Positions 17,760 through 31,577 of a DNA stretch of 64,000 nucleotides are shown here, piece by piece. The stretch spans positions 66,278,001 through 66,342,000 of the forward strand of contig OZ024743.1 in the NCBI GenBank assembly GCA_964016885.1, written 5' to 3'. The DNA is from Eledone cirrhosa (taxonomy: Eukaryota). Position numbers and translations under genes: made by a program. The notes under the pieces were generated by a model. The model had not been told where the DNA came from. It made no database searches and worked only from the letters and a program-made list of their open reading frames with translations. Position 1 is the stretch's first letter. Each line of letters opens with the position of its first letter.

Positions 17760-18164
17760 TATATATAATAATTGTTTCTACTTTAGGCACAAGGCCAGCT
17801 TTACCCGGTACATTACTGGTAATATATGGTTTTGAACGATATCCAATGATTTCGATCTGAATTTTCTCCATAGATTCGTTTGGGCCATACACAAAGGAGT
17901 AACATATGATGGGGTGAATGACGGTGTGTGTTAGTGTGTGGTGAGGGGGTGGGGGTGACGGTGTGTGTATGTGGTGGTGGATGACTATCTGTGTGTTTGT
18001 GTATCTGAGTATGCACCTCTTTGTCAATTGTTGTGTGCATCTACCTTTATAACCCGTAGCTTAGTGATTTACTGGAACGAAACCAATAAAAATGTTTCAA
18101 GTCATGCAAAGAAAGGTGGCACAGAGTTGCATTATATATATATATATATACACATAGATATATA

Positions 18165-18235
<71 letters not shown>

Positions 18236-18237
<2 letters not shown>

Positions 18238-19253
18238 GAAAGACGTAAAATAAGAAAATTATAAAAATTAACTTACTTAATAAAATTTCACTCCAACTAA
18301 TTAGTTTCTGAAAGGGAATAAACATGGTTTCCAAATGGAAAGCATAGAGTAGCCATTTCGTCATCAGGAAGTCGTTCTCAGCTAAGATCCCAGGCGATGC
18401 GTGGACACAGGGAACTTATACAAAAATAATTCAGTGGATGGAAACAAGCAAGCGTGGACTAAATTCCAAGACATTGAAAAAATCACTGCCTACTTGGTCG
18501 GTGGCAAATTCAAAAGAATCAATCACGTGACATCGAGGTTAATCAGTGAGGAGTGGGGTGTCAAAAAGACAGTAGCCAAGCTATTACTATGAACTATAGT
18601 AGCAGTTTTGGCAAATTTTTGCTCAGCAAAATAATTGGGAGATAATTATAAGGAATTAGTATATCTACCGACTTATATATACAGATGCATACCTATGCTA
18701 GCAAATATATAGGTTTTGTCTTAGTAACTTTGTTATTCAATGCAAGGGGATGCAGAACAATTATATGAAAGACGTAAAAGAAGAAAATTATAAAAATTAA
18801 CTTACTTAATAAAATTTCACTCCAACTAATTAGTTTCTGAAAGGGAATAAACATGGTTTCCAAATAGAAAGCATGGAGAAGCCATTTTGTCACCAGGAAG
18901 TCGTTCTCAGCTAAGATCCCAGGCGATGCGTGGACACAGGGAACTTATACAAAAATAATTCAGTGGATGGAAAAAAGCAAGCGTGGACTAAATTCCAAGA
19001 CATTGAAAACATCACTGCCTACTTGGTCGGTGGCAAATTCAAAAGAATCAATCACGTGACATCGAGGTTAATCAGTGAGGAGTGTAGTGTCAAAAAGACA
19101 GTAGCCAAGCTATTACTATGAACTATAGTAGCAGTTTTGGCAAACTTTTGCTCAAATAAATAATTTGGAGATAATTATAAGGAATTAGTATATCTACCAA
19201 CATATATATACAGATGCATACCTATGCTAGCAAATATATAGGTTTTGTCTTAG
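18236..19253 (-). repeat. 529-bp tandem duplication (~1.9 units) with HHR-like core, probable PLE pLTR tandem
   Basis: Units start at 18236 and 18765. Minus strand has CTGATGA-CGAAATGG...CCATTTG-GAAA-CCATG at about 18320-18372. Confidence 0.7.
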
Positions 19254-19302
19254 CACACTATTCAGTTCCTTAATATACTTAGAAGTGTCTAGGATACTAA
19301 TT

Positions 19303-19381
19303 CATCCCCCACTGATGAGCTTGAATTGGTAATTCTATTCACAATTAACATTGCGAAACAACACCAAGTTGTCTGGGTGAT
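19303..19381 (+). ncRNA. type I hammerhead ribozyme
   Basis: CCCA-CTGATGA-GC...GC-GAAA-CAAC(ACCAA)GTTG-TC-TGGG, with a GUC cleavage triplet at 19371-19373. Confidence 0.88.
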
Positions 19382-19570
19382 TGGTAGTTACCACAATTCC
19401 GGTTTGTAATTATTTTCTTGATTTTTCTTAAATTGAGACAATCAAACCGAATTGTCTATAGTTAGTATTCTTTTCACCTTAGCGAATCTGGTCCCTTACG
19501 ATTTGAACACATATATGTATATCTGTGTTCCTTTTTTCTTTTATATTCTATTATAATTATTATATATATA

Positions 19571-19683
19571 TATTGTTATACTTTGGGAGGGTCATGTTGC
19601 CAATATGACCCTCCCAAAGTATAACAATATCGGTTTCAACACACGATTTCAGATAAAGAATCTTGCTAAACAAATTCAGAAAC

Positions 19684-19688
<5 letters not shown>
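19571..19688 (+). mobile_element. miniature fold-back of the 10-14 kb PLE terminus (25-bp arms plus tail)
   Basis: TATTGTTATACTTTGGGAGGGTCAT and its reverse complement, then a tail homologous to 14066-14112. Confidence 0.8.
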
Positions 19689-19770
<82 letters not shown>

Positions 19771-19771
19771 A

Positions 19772-19844
<73 letters not shown>

Positions 19845-20747
19845 GGGTTCAGTCGGGGGTAACCACACTAAGTAACTTACTCAATACATAGCAGAGTATA
19901 ACTATTTAACATAGAAATGGCTTCTACAGGAGTAGAACTGTTTCATTCGAAGGAATTACTTGGAGTCGGTCTGGCTTTTTCCTAACATCTTCCTCACTAT
20001 TCCATAGAGAAGCATATTCGAAATAATTACAACCAAGATTTTGTGGCAAAGTTTTCCCCGTGAATGTGGTAGCCTAGTCTGGCCACAGTCTAACGATGAA
20101 ACTGTTAAAGTAATAAAAAATAAACCAATATTTTGGTGAGATTCAAATTTTACTAGTAACGCATACCTAAGTTTATGGGATAAATATTTTGAACGTAACA
20201 AAATTTTGGGAAGTCGGGTCAACTTGATCATCTCAAAATCTCTGTACTGATCTTTTTTTCCTTTACATATTTTTTTTCCCGGTATTAAAAATCTCATATT
20301 TTATTTTGTTATCTGTAATACAGAAGTTATATTAATGATGGGAATATATAGAAAAATAGAAAAATAGAAAAATAGAAAAATAGAAAAATAGAAAAATAGA
20401 AAAATAGAAAAAGTGGAAACAATGTTTCCATTGGTATATTCAATTGCTAATACTATCTATCAATCGCAACTCCAGGTAGAAGGAACAACGTGAAATAAAG
20501 TGTATTGCTCAAGGACATAATGCATCGGTGTGGGAATTGAACTTAAAACCTCACGATTGCGAATCCAATTCTCTAACCACTCAGCCACGCGCCTTCACAA
20601 CGTGTAGATACTGGCCAGGGTTCAATCTCAGACCAGGATCTTCACCATCTCTAATACATCTCACAAGGCCACGAGACAGCTATATATACATATATATATA
20701 TATATACGATATTAACAAATGGAAACTATATTTATAAAACCATATTT

Positions 20748-20810
20748 ATTTCATTATACATATTTCAAGGACACCAAGTTAAATTATGGTGTGCTTTCAT
20801 CAGATAAAAT
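20748..20810 (-). ncRNA. minimal type I hammerhead ribozyme
   Basis: Reverse complement of 21123-21185. Confidence 0.82.
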
Positions 20811-20954
20811 ATAATATAGAGCAGTTTTATAAATAAATATTGACATACCCTTAAAGAATGCAACCATTACTGTTGGAAGCTCCCGGATAGTGGAATTATA
20901 TCTTTAATTATACTATTATGTAAGTTGGTATTGGATATTTTTAAATATCCAGTA

Positions 20955-20978
20955 TAACCCTAACCCTAACCCTAACCC
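20955..20978 (-). repeat. (TTAGGG)4 interstitial telomere-like repeat
   Basis: (TAACCC)4 on the plus strand. Confidence 0.9.
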
Positions 20979-21122
20979 AACGGCTTATTTAAAAATATCC
21001 AATACCAACTTACATAATAGTATAATTAAAGATATAACTCCACTATCCGGGAGCTTCCAACAGTGATGGTTGCATTCTTTAAGGGTATGTCAATATTTAT
21101 TTATAAAACTGCTCTATATTAT

Positions 21123-21185
21123 ATTTTATCTGATGAAAGCACACCATAATTTAACTTGGTGTCCTTGAAATATGTATAATGAAAT
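21123..21185 (+). ncRNA. minimal type I hammerhead ribozyme
   Basis: ATTTTAT-CTGATGA-AAGCACACC...GGTGTCCTT-GAAA-TATGTA-TA-ATGAAAT. Confidence 0.82.
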
Positions 21186-21339
21186 AAATATGGTTTTATA
21201 AATATAGTTTCCATTTGTTAATATCGTATTTTTACTCCAATTATTTGTTGAGTGCTTTATATCAGTTATAAAAATATTTGCTTGTTGTATCCCAACAATT
21301 TAAATAGAACTTTTACATATATATATATACATATATATA

Positions 21340-21912
21340 TTGTTATACTTGGAGAGGGTCATACCCGTCTACTGACAATCCACTAACCTCATACCACAAC
21401 CCATCCCACTGAGCGACCATAACCACCATCATATCATCACATCCACCCCCACATACTCTACAAGCCAAGGCCAACCCACCACCACCACACCACAGCCCAC
21501 CTCATCCACCGACCGTCACCAACATCTCACCATCACATCCACCCCCATATACACTACAGGCCAGTACATCGCTTTGATCCTTCCCACCAATCAAAACAAC
21601 TCATTTTGTCAAACTCTTGAAACTCTGTCTTTACCACATAGCATGTATTTCATTTTCTTATAGCATTTTAAGAGGGTCCGTCGAGCTGCCGATTATTGAG
21701 TCGGGTAGGATCGATATAGATCGAACCTTGAGCTGATCAGTGGCGAAACGCGCGTCACCTATCAATAAATGCAATGAAGGAATAATCAATCGTCCTTGTT
21801 ATCCTTTCAATATATTACACTCTGTATAGCTCTACACCTCATCACAGAAGTGAACCTAAACATCGACTGCTCTCGCGGGTGAACCTGCAGTAACTCCTGG
21901 TTACACCCCCTG
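21340..21912 (+). mobile_element. PLE 3' fragment with degenerate long-stem-II HHR (~21673-21760)
   Basis: GGT-CCGTCGA...GGC-GAAA-CGCGCG-TC-ACC. The fragment begins with 23 bp resembling the inverted arm of the 10-14 kb family. Confidence 0.5.
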
Positions 21913-21955
<43 letters not shown>

Positions 21956-22140
21956 TGTATTATATTATATTACATTATATTATATTATGTTTTGCCTTTT
22001 CATATTATATTTTAATATTATATTAAAACTTTGCCTTTCATCCTTGCGGATGGACTGGGTAATGTACTGGGGTATTCGCTGGCCTTGTGCCAAAGAGTAG
22101 AAACATATTTATTTTTATGGATGTAGCTACACACACACAC

Positions 22141-22176
<36 letters not shown>

Positions 22177-22216
22177 ATGTTAATTAAATGGAAACTATAT
22201 TTATAAAACCATATTT

Positions 22217-22276
22217 ATTCTATTATATATATTTCAAGGGTACCAACAATTTTGGTACGATATCATCAGATAAAAT
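22217..22276 (-). ncRNA. minimal type I hammerhead ribozyme
   Basis: Minus strand reads ATTTTAT-CTGATGA-..GTACC/GGTAC..-GAAA-TATATA-TA-ATAGAAT. Confidence 0.78.
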
Positions 22277-22516
22277 ACAAAATGTTTTATAAATATTTGA
22301 CACGACCAAGGATAATATACCTTAAAGTTCAAGTTATCCCTGGAAAGTGAAGGGAAGAGAGAAGAAAGGTCAGATATTTAAGGATGTTGAAATTTTAAGT
22401 TGAGATTAGAATTTGTGGATTCAAAAATTTTCAACATTGAGAATGTTTTCAGAATATTGTTAACTTAACGAAGCTATATAAAGCTATATAAATAATCTAT
22501 TATTATTATTAACGAA

Positions 22517-22705
22517 GGGTAGTGGATTGGCAGTGTCGGTAGAGGGTCGGACGCCATGCTTTGACGTATAGAGTTACGGCCCTTGCCATTCTGAGTTCAA
22601 ATACTGCCGAGGTTAACTTTGCCTTTCATCCTTATGGGGTCGATAAAATAAAGTACCAGTAATGTACTGGGTAATTACTGGCCTTGTGCCAAAAGTAGAA
22701 ACAAT
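22517..22705 (+). mobile_element. SINE family 1 with TSD
   Basis: Full-length copy, with ATTATTAACGAAG duplicated on both sides. Confidence 0.92.
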
Positions 22706-23074
22706 TATTATTAACGAAGCTATATAAATTAGCTATTATACATAATTCCGTTAATTTAATTTAAACCTTATCAATTAAAACTACCTGTTTATTTACATAA
22801 AATCAACATCCCTAGTAACTTATATTATGAACAACCACCTATTTATTTTTTATTTAACTCATATTATAAACAAACTATCCTTTTAATAATAAAAAAATAC
22901 ATATGCTATAATTAAAATATATATAGATATTTATATATTATTATAATAAGATAAATAATTCTCCATATAAATATAGATAAATGTCTTAATATATTTCCCC
23001 TAAATTAACGTTTAAGTGGTCTTCCTTTTCCTTCTTCTTACCTTCCTTCACCTTTAACAATTTTTGTTTGATAA

Positions 23075-25014
23075 CACCGTGTAACATATTTTTTGTTCCC
23101 CGGTTCTAAGTGTCATTTCATGGTTTGTTATATCCCATTATTACAAAAAAAAGACTATTATTTAATCAGAAGTTTGGGTTTGTGGTGAGGAGTTTGATAT
23201 TTCGAAATTTTCATATTTTTCAAGAAAAAAAACATTTTTTAAAAATTTATCAGTTCATATAATTAAATCAACAGATTATATATTTATTTTATTACACAAG
23301 TTTATCAAAAGCAAACAAGTAAAAACAAATAACACTTATAAAGCAACTTATACACGTCAGAAATTACTGGATTTCCTGGATTTGCGGTTGTAATACAGGT
23401 CGCATTCCACCACTAGCCCCCAGATATAGTCCCCCCTCATTTTTTCATTGTAGTGACCCTGGTACTTCCGCTCTATCTCTTTCACATCTTGGTGGAATCG
23501 TTCGCCTTGTTCTTCTGAGTAGACGCCCGTATTGTCCTTGAATTGTTCCAGGTGAGCGTCCAGCATATGGGGTTTAAGCGACATCCTGTATCCCATGGCG
23601 CCAAAAGCCTTTATCAGATCCTGTACCAGTTGCTGGTAGTTTTCAGCGCTGTAGTTGCCCAGAAAGCCCTTGACAACTGCCTTGAAACAGTTCCATGCTG
23701 TTCTTTCAATCCTATTTTGCTTATTGGAGAACTCGGTAGACTCAAACACCTTCTTTATCTGAGGTCCAACAAAAATGCCACCTTTGATTTTGGCCTCAGA
23801 TAACTTGGGGAAGAACTCAAGAACGTACTTAAAAGCGGCTGATTCTTGGTTTAGAGCCTTCACAAACTGCTTCATCAACCCCAACTTAATGTGCAGTGGC
23901 GGCATGAGCACAATCCTGGGATCAACCAGTGGCTCCCACATGACGTTGCGGGTCCCAACTACAAATTCTGTTCGCTGCTCCCAGTTCTTTCTTTTGCAGT
24001 GGTCAGAGGTGGCTTTGATAAAGCCTCCTTGGAGTCCAAGCAGGAAATGCACCATCTTGATGTCTCCAATGATTTCCCAATTGTACTGGTTGTATTGCAG
24101 AGCTTCCAAGAGGACTTTCACACAGACTGAATGAGCTAAGGGCAGTGTCGGGAACTTGTTTCCATTGTGGAGGAGAACAGGCTTCAAACTTGTGGTGGAG
24201 CTGTCTATAAATAGCCGCCATTCCTTGGGCACAAACGGCACCCCAATAACGTCAAACAGTTCAGACACGTCATGGCAGAAGCAGAGGCCATCCCTAAGAG
24301 TGTAAAAGCCTGAGAAAGGTTCGGGTCGACTTCTCTGACTTGTCACCTGCACTTCCTCCAAGACCAAGTTCCACTGCTTCATCCTGGAGACGAATAGCTC
24401 TACATTGGACTTGGTCAGACCCATATCCTTGACCAAATCATTGACTTCTTTTTGGTTTGGGAAGTGAGGAACTTTTTCTGGTACCTCAGGCAGGTAATCC
24501 AAGTCCTAAGCATCCATCTCCTCCTTTTCATCAGAATACTTGTCTTGGAAAATAAATTTGATATGCAATACAAAATAAATATTGGAAAGGGAAATACATA
24601 TTTAAATAATATAAAAGAACACTAATCATACTAATGAAAATTCGTGCTTAAAACACAACTTACCCTTTATTCAGGGTGCAAAAATCCAGTATCAATAAAT
24701 CTCTTTAATCCACTTTTTAACAATTTTATACTTTATTGCACTTTTACAATTTTCTTTAGGTATTACTCTTTATTTTATAATTTTAATTTAACTTGAAACA
24801 TATATAAACAAATTATTTAACATAAGCAAATTAAACTTACATACAACGTAACATCCAGCATACAAATAATTCTAGCGAATAGCTTAGAATTTTTACAAAC
24901 CCAAACTTTTAACTGTTTAATAGCACTTTTTTTTATTTATTTGTGGGCCTAAGCAACACAAAAAAGTGATTACAAGCCAGGAAGAGAGAAAACAATTTTT
25001 TTTGTTACACGGTG
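23075..25014 (-). mobile_element. Chapaev3-type (CMC) DNA transposon, internally deleted
   Basis: CACCGTGTAACA...TGTTACACGGTG termini, imperfect ~110-bp TIRs, and a TAA 3-bp TSD (23072-23074 and 25015-25017). Confidence 0.88.
23357..24502 (-). pseudogene. Chapaev3 transposase, C-terminal 381 aa, probably defective
   Basis: Motifs WRLFIDSS..SLK.VLLHNGN, GDIKM, PPLHIKLGLMKQFVKAL, SEAKIK.GIFVGPQI, MSLK.H.L..H and SEEQGERFHQD. The C..C motif expected after LQGGF and the N-terminus appear to be missing. Confidence 0.85.
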
Positions 25015-25528
25015 TAATTTATATAGCTTCGTTAAATTAACAATATTCTGGAAACATTCTCAATGTTGAAAATTTTTGAATCCACAAATTCTAATCTCAC
25101 AACTTAAAATTTCAACATCCTTCGTAACTCATATTTATTACATTAAAAATCAATAAATACGCAACTTATTAATATATATTTATATACATATAACCTATCC
25201 TAATGTAATAAGATAAAAATACTTACAACCATAAGTCTTCATATAATTTATATACAATATATACTCATAATATAGGTAACACATTTTTTCCCCCAAATTA
25301 ACGTTATTCCTCTCTCTTTCTCTTCCCCCCTTATCATAATTATTTAAATTTTCCATAGCGTCTAAAATAACGCCTTTTCAGCCCTTTAATATATCATCAT
25401 TTGCATACTCATATTAATAATTTTAAATATCTGACCTCTCTTCTCTCTTCCATTCATTTTCCAGGGATAACTTGAACCGTTAAGGTATATTATCCTTGGT
25501 CATGTCAAATATTTATAAAACATTTTGT

Positions 25529-25588
25529 ATTTTATCTGATGATAGCGTACCAACATTTTTGGTACCCTTGAAATATATATAATAGAAT
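25529..25588 (+). ncRNA. minimal type I hammerhead ribozyme
   Basis: ATTTTAT-CTGATGA-TAGCGTACC...GGTACCCTT-GAAA-TATATA-TA-ATAGAAT. Confidence 0.78.
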
Positions 25589-25821
25589 AAATATGGTTTT
25601 ATAAATATAGTTTCCATTTATTTAATATCATTGAATACTTACTCCAAAAATTTCGAGTGCTCTGAATCAGTTGTAAACATCTGTATTTATTGAATTTCCA
25701 ACAAATTAAATATCTCTTCTACATATATATATGTGTGTCTGTGTGTGTGTATGTATGTGTGTGAGTGTGTGTGTGTATGAGTGTATGTGTGTGTGAGTGT
25801 GTGTGTGTGAGAGAGTGAGTG

Positions 25822-25861
<40 letters not shown>

Positions 25862-26206
25862 TGTGTGTGTGTGTGTGAGTGTGAGTGTGAGTGAGTGTGT
25901 GTATGTATGTGTGTGTGTGTGTGCGCGAGTGTGGCTGAGTGTGTATGTTAGTTGTCAATGTATATGTGGCGTTAGATTTAATTCCCACACTTATTAATCT
26001 GACACCTGTTCCGGGTTTTCGATATTACATTCAACAGATACTCTTTTGTGTGTATACAAGATTGTTGCATAAATAAATGTTTATATATATTTGGGGTGTA
26101 TTACACACACACACACACCACACACACATATATATATATATATATATGTATAATGTAATTGGGTAATACTTTTTATTACTCAATTTACATTATATATATA
26201 TATATA

Positions 26207-26280
<74 letters not shown>

Positions 26281-26290
26281 TATATAGCTG

Positions 26291-26326
<36 letters not shown>

Positions 26327-26381
26327 CACATATGTATGTATATACAATGTAATTAGGTAATACCTATTATTACCCACATTA

Positions 26382-26432
<51 letters not shown>

Positions 26433-26484
26433 GCAAACAAATATACATCGTCTTATATGAGCACACCCACATATACATATATAG

Positions 26485-26518
<34 letters not shown>

Positions 26519-26707
26519 GTATAAATAAACGCATACAATTGCACATACTTATACCAAAATCACATACATCCCCATATATGCGCACATAGAGGCAAGTATA
26601 CACATACAAACACAGAGCAACATGTTTACATATATGTATATATATATATATATATATAGATATATATAATTGCAGCTATATGTATATACATATATATATA
26701 TTATATA

Positions 26708-26969
26708 TCCAGGAAACTCCAACCGTGAAGGTTGCCTTTTTTCGGGGTATGTCAATATCTATTTATAAAACTATTATATTTTATCTGATGAAAGCGCACC
26801 ATAATCTGCTTTGGTGGCCCTTGAAATATGTATAATGAAATAAATATGGTTTTATAAATATAGTTTCCATTTGTTAATATATTGTATATTTACTCCAATA
26901 ATTTGTTTAGTGCTTTATATCAGTTATAAAAATATTTTGGTTGTTGTATCCCAACAAATTAAATATAAC

Positions 26970-26975
<6 letters not shown>
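26708..26975 (+). mobile_element. F1 PLE 3' end (arm plus tail) with HHR at 26778-26841
   Basis: Matches 21050-21316, including ATTTTAT-CTGATGA...GAAA-TATGTA-TA-ATGAAAT. A solo inverted tail of the same family lies at 27349-27448. Confidence 0.85.
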
Positions 26976-27051
<76 letters not shown>

Positions 27052-27054
<3 letters not shown>

Positions 27055-27163
27055 GGAAAATTTGAACAGGAACAAAACAGAGAGGCAGTACAACGAATGT
27101 TTATTAATTTCACGCTCTGGAGAGTGGGGTGGTGGTGGGGAACGACGTTTCGGGCATAAGCCC
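27052..27163 (-). mobile_element. PLE pLTR 3' scrap with half hammerhead
   Basis: Minus strand GGGC-TTAT-GCCC-GAAACGTC. The CUGANGA half is lost at the (TA)n junction. Confidence 0.5.
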
Positions 27164-27306
27164 ATATATATATATATATATATATATAGGAACCAGTAAG
27201 ACCCCGACAGCTGAGCTCAAGCCGTTTCGACGGCTAATTCTGGACTGTGTGTATTGAGTACTTTGGTGCGTTATGGTCCACCTGGTTCCTTACCACATTT
27301 CCTTCG

Positions 27307-27351
<45 letters not shown>

Positions 27352-27447
27352 GAGGTTATATTTAATTTTTTGGGATACAACAAGCAAAATATTTTTATAA
27401 CTGATATAAAGCACTCAACAAATTATTGGAGTAAATATACAATATAT

Positions 27448-27505
<58 letters not shown>

Positions 27506-27567
27506 GATAGATAGATAGATATATTTCTTTATTAGCCACAGGGGCACAAAAGAAGGGGACAAATACA

Positions 27568-27612
<45 letters not shown>

Positions 27613-27639
27613 TAGATAGATGGATAGAGACATAGATAG

Positions 27640-27712
<73 letters not shown>

Positions 27713-28167
27713 AGAGAGTGAGGGATGGTTTGTGGGTAACTGGTGTAGGAAAGATACGGAGAGACAATGCTTGTCGGGCATCAACTAGTCTGTAAATGAC
27801 ACAGCGAAGAGACAGTGCAGTACTTATATAGTAGCTATTTATAACTCAACCTAGTTTGGAAATATGAGAGTTAAGATAGAATGATTATCGTGCCGAACCA
27901 GCTACGAATATTCTGTGTAAACATTCCGACTTCCTCTCCCACCATCTTCACACTCTCTCTTAATCTCTCTCAATTCCCTCTCTATGTATCTCTTTCACTT
28001 TTTCTCTCACTCCCTCTCTCTCTCTCGCCCTCTCTCTCTCTCCCTCTCTCTCTCTCAGTGTCTCCATCTGTCCCTCTCCCACCACCTTCACACTCTCTCT
28101 TAATCTCTCTCAATTCCCTCTCTATGTATCTCTTTCACTCTCTTTCTCTCACTCCCTCTCTCTCTCG

Positions 28168-28202
<35 letters not shown>

Positions 28203-28354
28203 AGTGTCTCCATCTGTCCCTCTCCCACCACCTTCACACTCTCTCTTAATTTCTCTCACTACCTCTCAATGTATCTCTTTCGCTCTCTTTCTCGCCCTTT
28301 CTCTCTCACTTTCACTGTCTCCACGTCTCTCTCTTTTTCTCTCTCGGCGTCTCC

Positions 28355-28402
<48 letters not shown>

Positions 28403-28601
28403 GTCTGTCTCAGTGTCTCTATCTGTCCCTCTCCCACCCTCTCTCTCCCACTCTCCCTCTCTATCTCACTCAGTATGTCTCTATCTTCTTCAGTCTGCTT
28501 CACATACACACACACTCTCTCTCTCTCTCTTTCTCAATCTGTGTCTTTCTCTCATACGCTTAGTATGCTTCGTTCGTTCCCGTTCTCTCTCTCACTCTCT
28601 C

Positions 28602-28668
<67 letters not shown>

Positions 28669-29188
28669 GTTTTTTTTCAGCCATACACACACACACTCAC
28701 ATATATATGTGTGAATGTGTGTTCATATGTGAGTACATATATGTGTGTACGTGTGTGTGTGTGCATGTGTTTGTGTACGTATGTGTGTGTGAGCATGTGT
28801 GTGTACCTATCTGTGTGGGTGCGTGTGAATATGTGTGTACCTATGTGTGTGTGTGTATCTATGTGTGTGTGTACCAATGTGTGTGTCTATGTGTGTGTAT
28901 CAATGTGTGTGTCTATGTGTGTGTACCAATGTGTGTCTATGTGTGTGTACCAATGTATGTGTCTGTGTGTGTGTACCAATGTGTGTGTCTATGCGTGTGT
29001 ATCAATGTGTGTGTCTATGTGTGTGTACCAATGTGTGTGTGTATGTGTGTGTGTGCACCAATGTGTGTGGGTACAGCGCTCTTTCTTTCCCTTCCTCAAT
29101 AAAACCTATTCTCTGTTAATTTATCCCCCACCCCACATTTCCTATATATTTATCTCACCACCCCCTTCTCTTCTATTTTCACACGTAA

Positions 29189-29274
<86 letters not shown>

Positions 29275-29281
29275 GTATATG

Positions 29282-29471
<190 letters not shown>

Positions 29472-29473
29472 GC

Positions 29474-29836
29474 ATCGCTATTTCAGAGCACCAATTCTAA
29501 TTTATATATATATATATATATAAATTAGAATTGGTGCTCTGAAATAGCGATATATATATGAATGTATATACAGTGTATTTTGCAATACACTTTATACTAC
29601 ATTTTGAAGACCTTACGCTAATGTTTTAAAGTAGTGACTATGTCACTTTCTTCTTTTTTCAGCAAACAAAGGGAGATAAGCTGACCGATCTCTGTTTCGT
29701 ACTGTTGGTACGCTTCAGAGCTTACCACCCCCTTTGCTTGCTGAAAATTATGAATGTTGGATTCTTATAGAATTGGCTCTGTATAATCAGTTCCTGATTA
29801 TTACTGGAATTCTATAAGAATCCAACATTCATAATT

Positions 29837-29838
<2 letters not shown>
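29474..29838 (-). mobile_element. PLE fold-back, homolog of 9128-9598, with core-variant HHR at 29679-29722
   Basis: Tail-to-tail palindrome around (TA)n at 29474-29552. Minus strand reads AGCT-CTGAAGC-GTAC/GTAC-GAAA-C...G-TC-AGCT. Confidence 0.7.
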
Positions 29839-29885
<47 letters not shown>

Positions 29886-29945
29886 CAAATAGTTTTAACG
29901 AATCAAATATTATTGATATTCGAAAAACTCAGATTTACTTTTATG

Positions 29946-29977
<32 letters not shown>

Positions 29978-29978
29978 C

Positions 29979-30101
<123 letters not shown>

Positions 30102-30329
30102 ACAGCTCACACCTACGCAGGTTTAGCTGGCCTCCTCCAAGGTATATCACGTTTGAGGTGTCTTGGGTAATTTAATGATAGGGACCCCAGTCCTATCATC
30201 CCATTTCTACAGCTGAGTAAACTGGAGCAATTTGAAATTATGTGTCTTGCTCAAGGAAACAACACATCACCGGGTTCGATTGCAAGACGTTCTAACCACA
30301 AGCATGTGATTGCAAATTGTCCAGATAAT

Positions 30330-30800
30330 TAATCTTCATAAAGATGGACTTTCTCTTGTTGCGGCTAAGGATAATGTTGTTAAATATGTTGATTTTAAGG
30401 TAGATTTATAATTATCTGCTCCTGTGCTCTTATATTTCCAGGTGATATCACTCTGAAATATCCAGCAGAGTCGTTAGTGTGTCCTATTCTCTTATATTTT
30501 CTAGAATATTTTGCAGTGTACTTTCCAGAATATTTAGTGCTGGTGTGGAAGACAATGTATATTCATCCCAAACAACCAATTTACCTACTTTTTATAACCC
30601 CAGTCCTCTTTCTTGATATTGCATGTAACGCTTTCATTTGTCGTCTTGTTAAAAAGGAGCCTGAATGCACAAGGATCTGTCTTGGGACCAGATTGAAATA
30701 TTTCTGCAACCAGAGAAGGAAATATAATTCCATTCTCAAGTCGCAATGAAGGAAACATCAAACTTGTTTCTTCCGTTATCTATTATTTGTATTACATTAG
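30330..30800 (-). mobile_element. Helitron Pif1-helicase relic
   Basis: Minus frames AFRLLFN...TCNIKK...KLVVWDEYTLS..ALNILESTLQNI resemble the Helitron motif HSAFKLPL..CNI..KLIVWDE.TM..ALEALDRTL.DI. Confidence 0.65.
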
Positions 30801-30971
30801 CGAAATAACCTTATTACCTAATATGCAGTCTGATGATGTCGCGTTGGTGGTTGTGTGATCACAGCATCAAGCAACGATAAACGCCGTAGAAATATATATG
30901 TATCACGACTGATTATGAATAATTTCTGAATTATGAATTTCTATTTCTGACCTTCACAATTACCATTATTG

Positions 30972-31166
30972 AGGATTGGTAGAATTGGTAGCATTGAGTT
31001 GCGGCCCTTTACATTCTGAGTTCAAATCCCGCCGAGGTTAGCTTTGCATTTCATCTTTACGGGGTCGATAAAATGAAGTACCAGTAACGAACTGGGATCA
31101 ACATATTCGACCCCTCTCCGCCCTCCCCTTAAATTTGTTGGCTTTATGCCTAAATCAGAAACCATT
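30972..31166 (+). mobile_element. SINE family 1 (longer 3' variant)
   Basis: B-box and core present. Confidence 0.8.
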
Positions 31167-31416
31167 ATTATACATATACTCCGTCACAGACTAACAAATT
31201 GTATTCAGAGGAATACAAATGATGTCGAGTGCTTAAACCTAATTCCATCATCGTTCACTGATTGGTGTTTTATTGTATCTATCTCTCATAACTTCATCTA
31301 TGTTGTACTATAAACATTTCCTCAACAAGTCATCTATATCACTTTCCTATTTTGAATCCTCCTATTTATATCTATTATGAAATCTTTATATATGTCTAAA
31401 TCTCTCTCTCTCTGCT

Positions 31417-31461
<45 letters not shown>

Positions 31462-31481
31462 GCTCTCTCTCTCTCTCTCTC

Positions 31482-31536
<55 letters not shown>

Positions 31537-31544
31537 TCCCTGTA

Positions 31545-31577
<33 letters not shown>

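Larger units (their letters stand above)
20705..21316. mobile_element. PLE-derived fold-back family F1: ~240-bp arms, telomere-like apex, 88-nt tail
   Basis: 20705-20947 is inverted at 20986-21228. Tail at 21229-21316. (TA)n flanks. Confidence 0.92.
22172..25722. mobile_element. older F1-related PLE fold-back, interrupted by a SINE and a Chapaev3 transposon
   Basis: 22172-22381 is inverted at 25424-25633, and 22382-22482 is inverted at 25018-25122. Tail at 25634-25722. Confidence 0.85.

Noticed and set aside
18045-18095. Possible 27-nt microexon on the minus strand
   Set aside because: Only weak splice-like motifs, at a level expected by chance.
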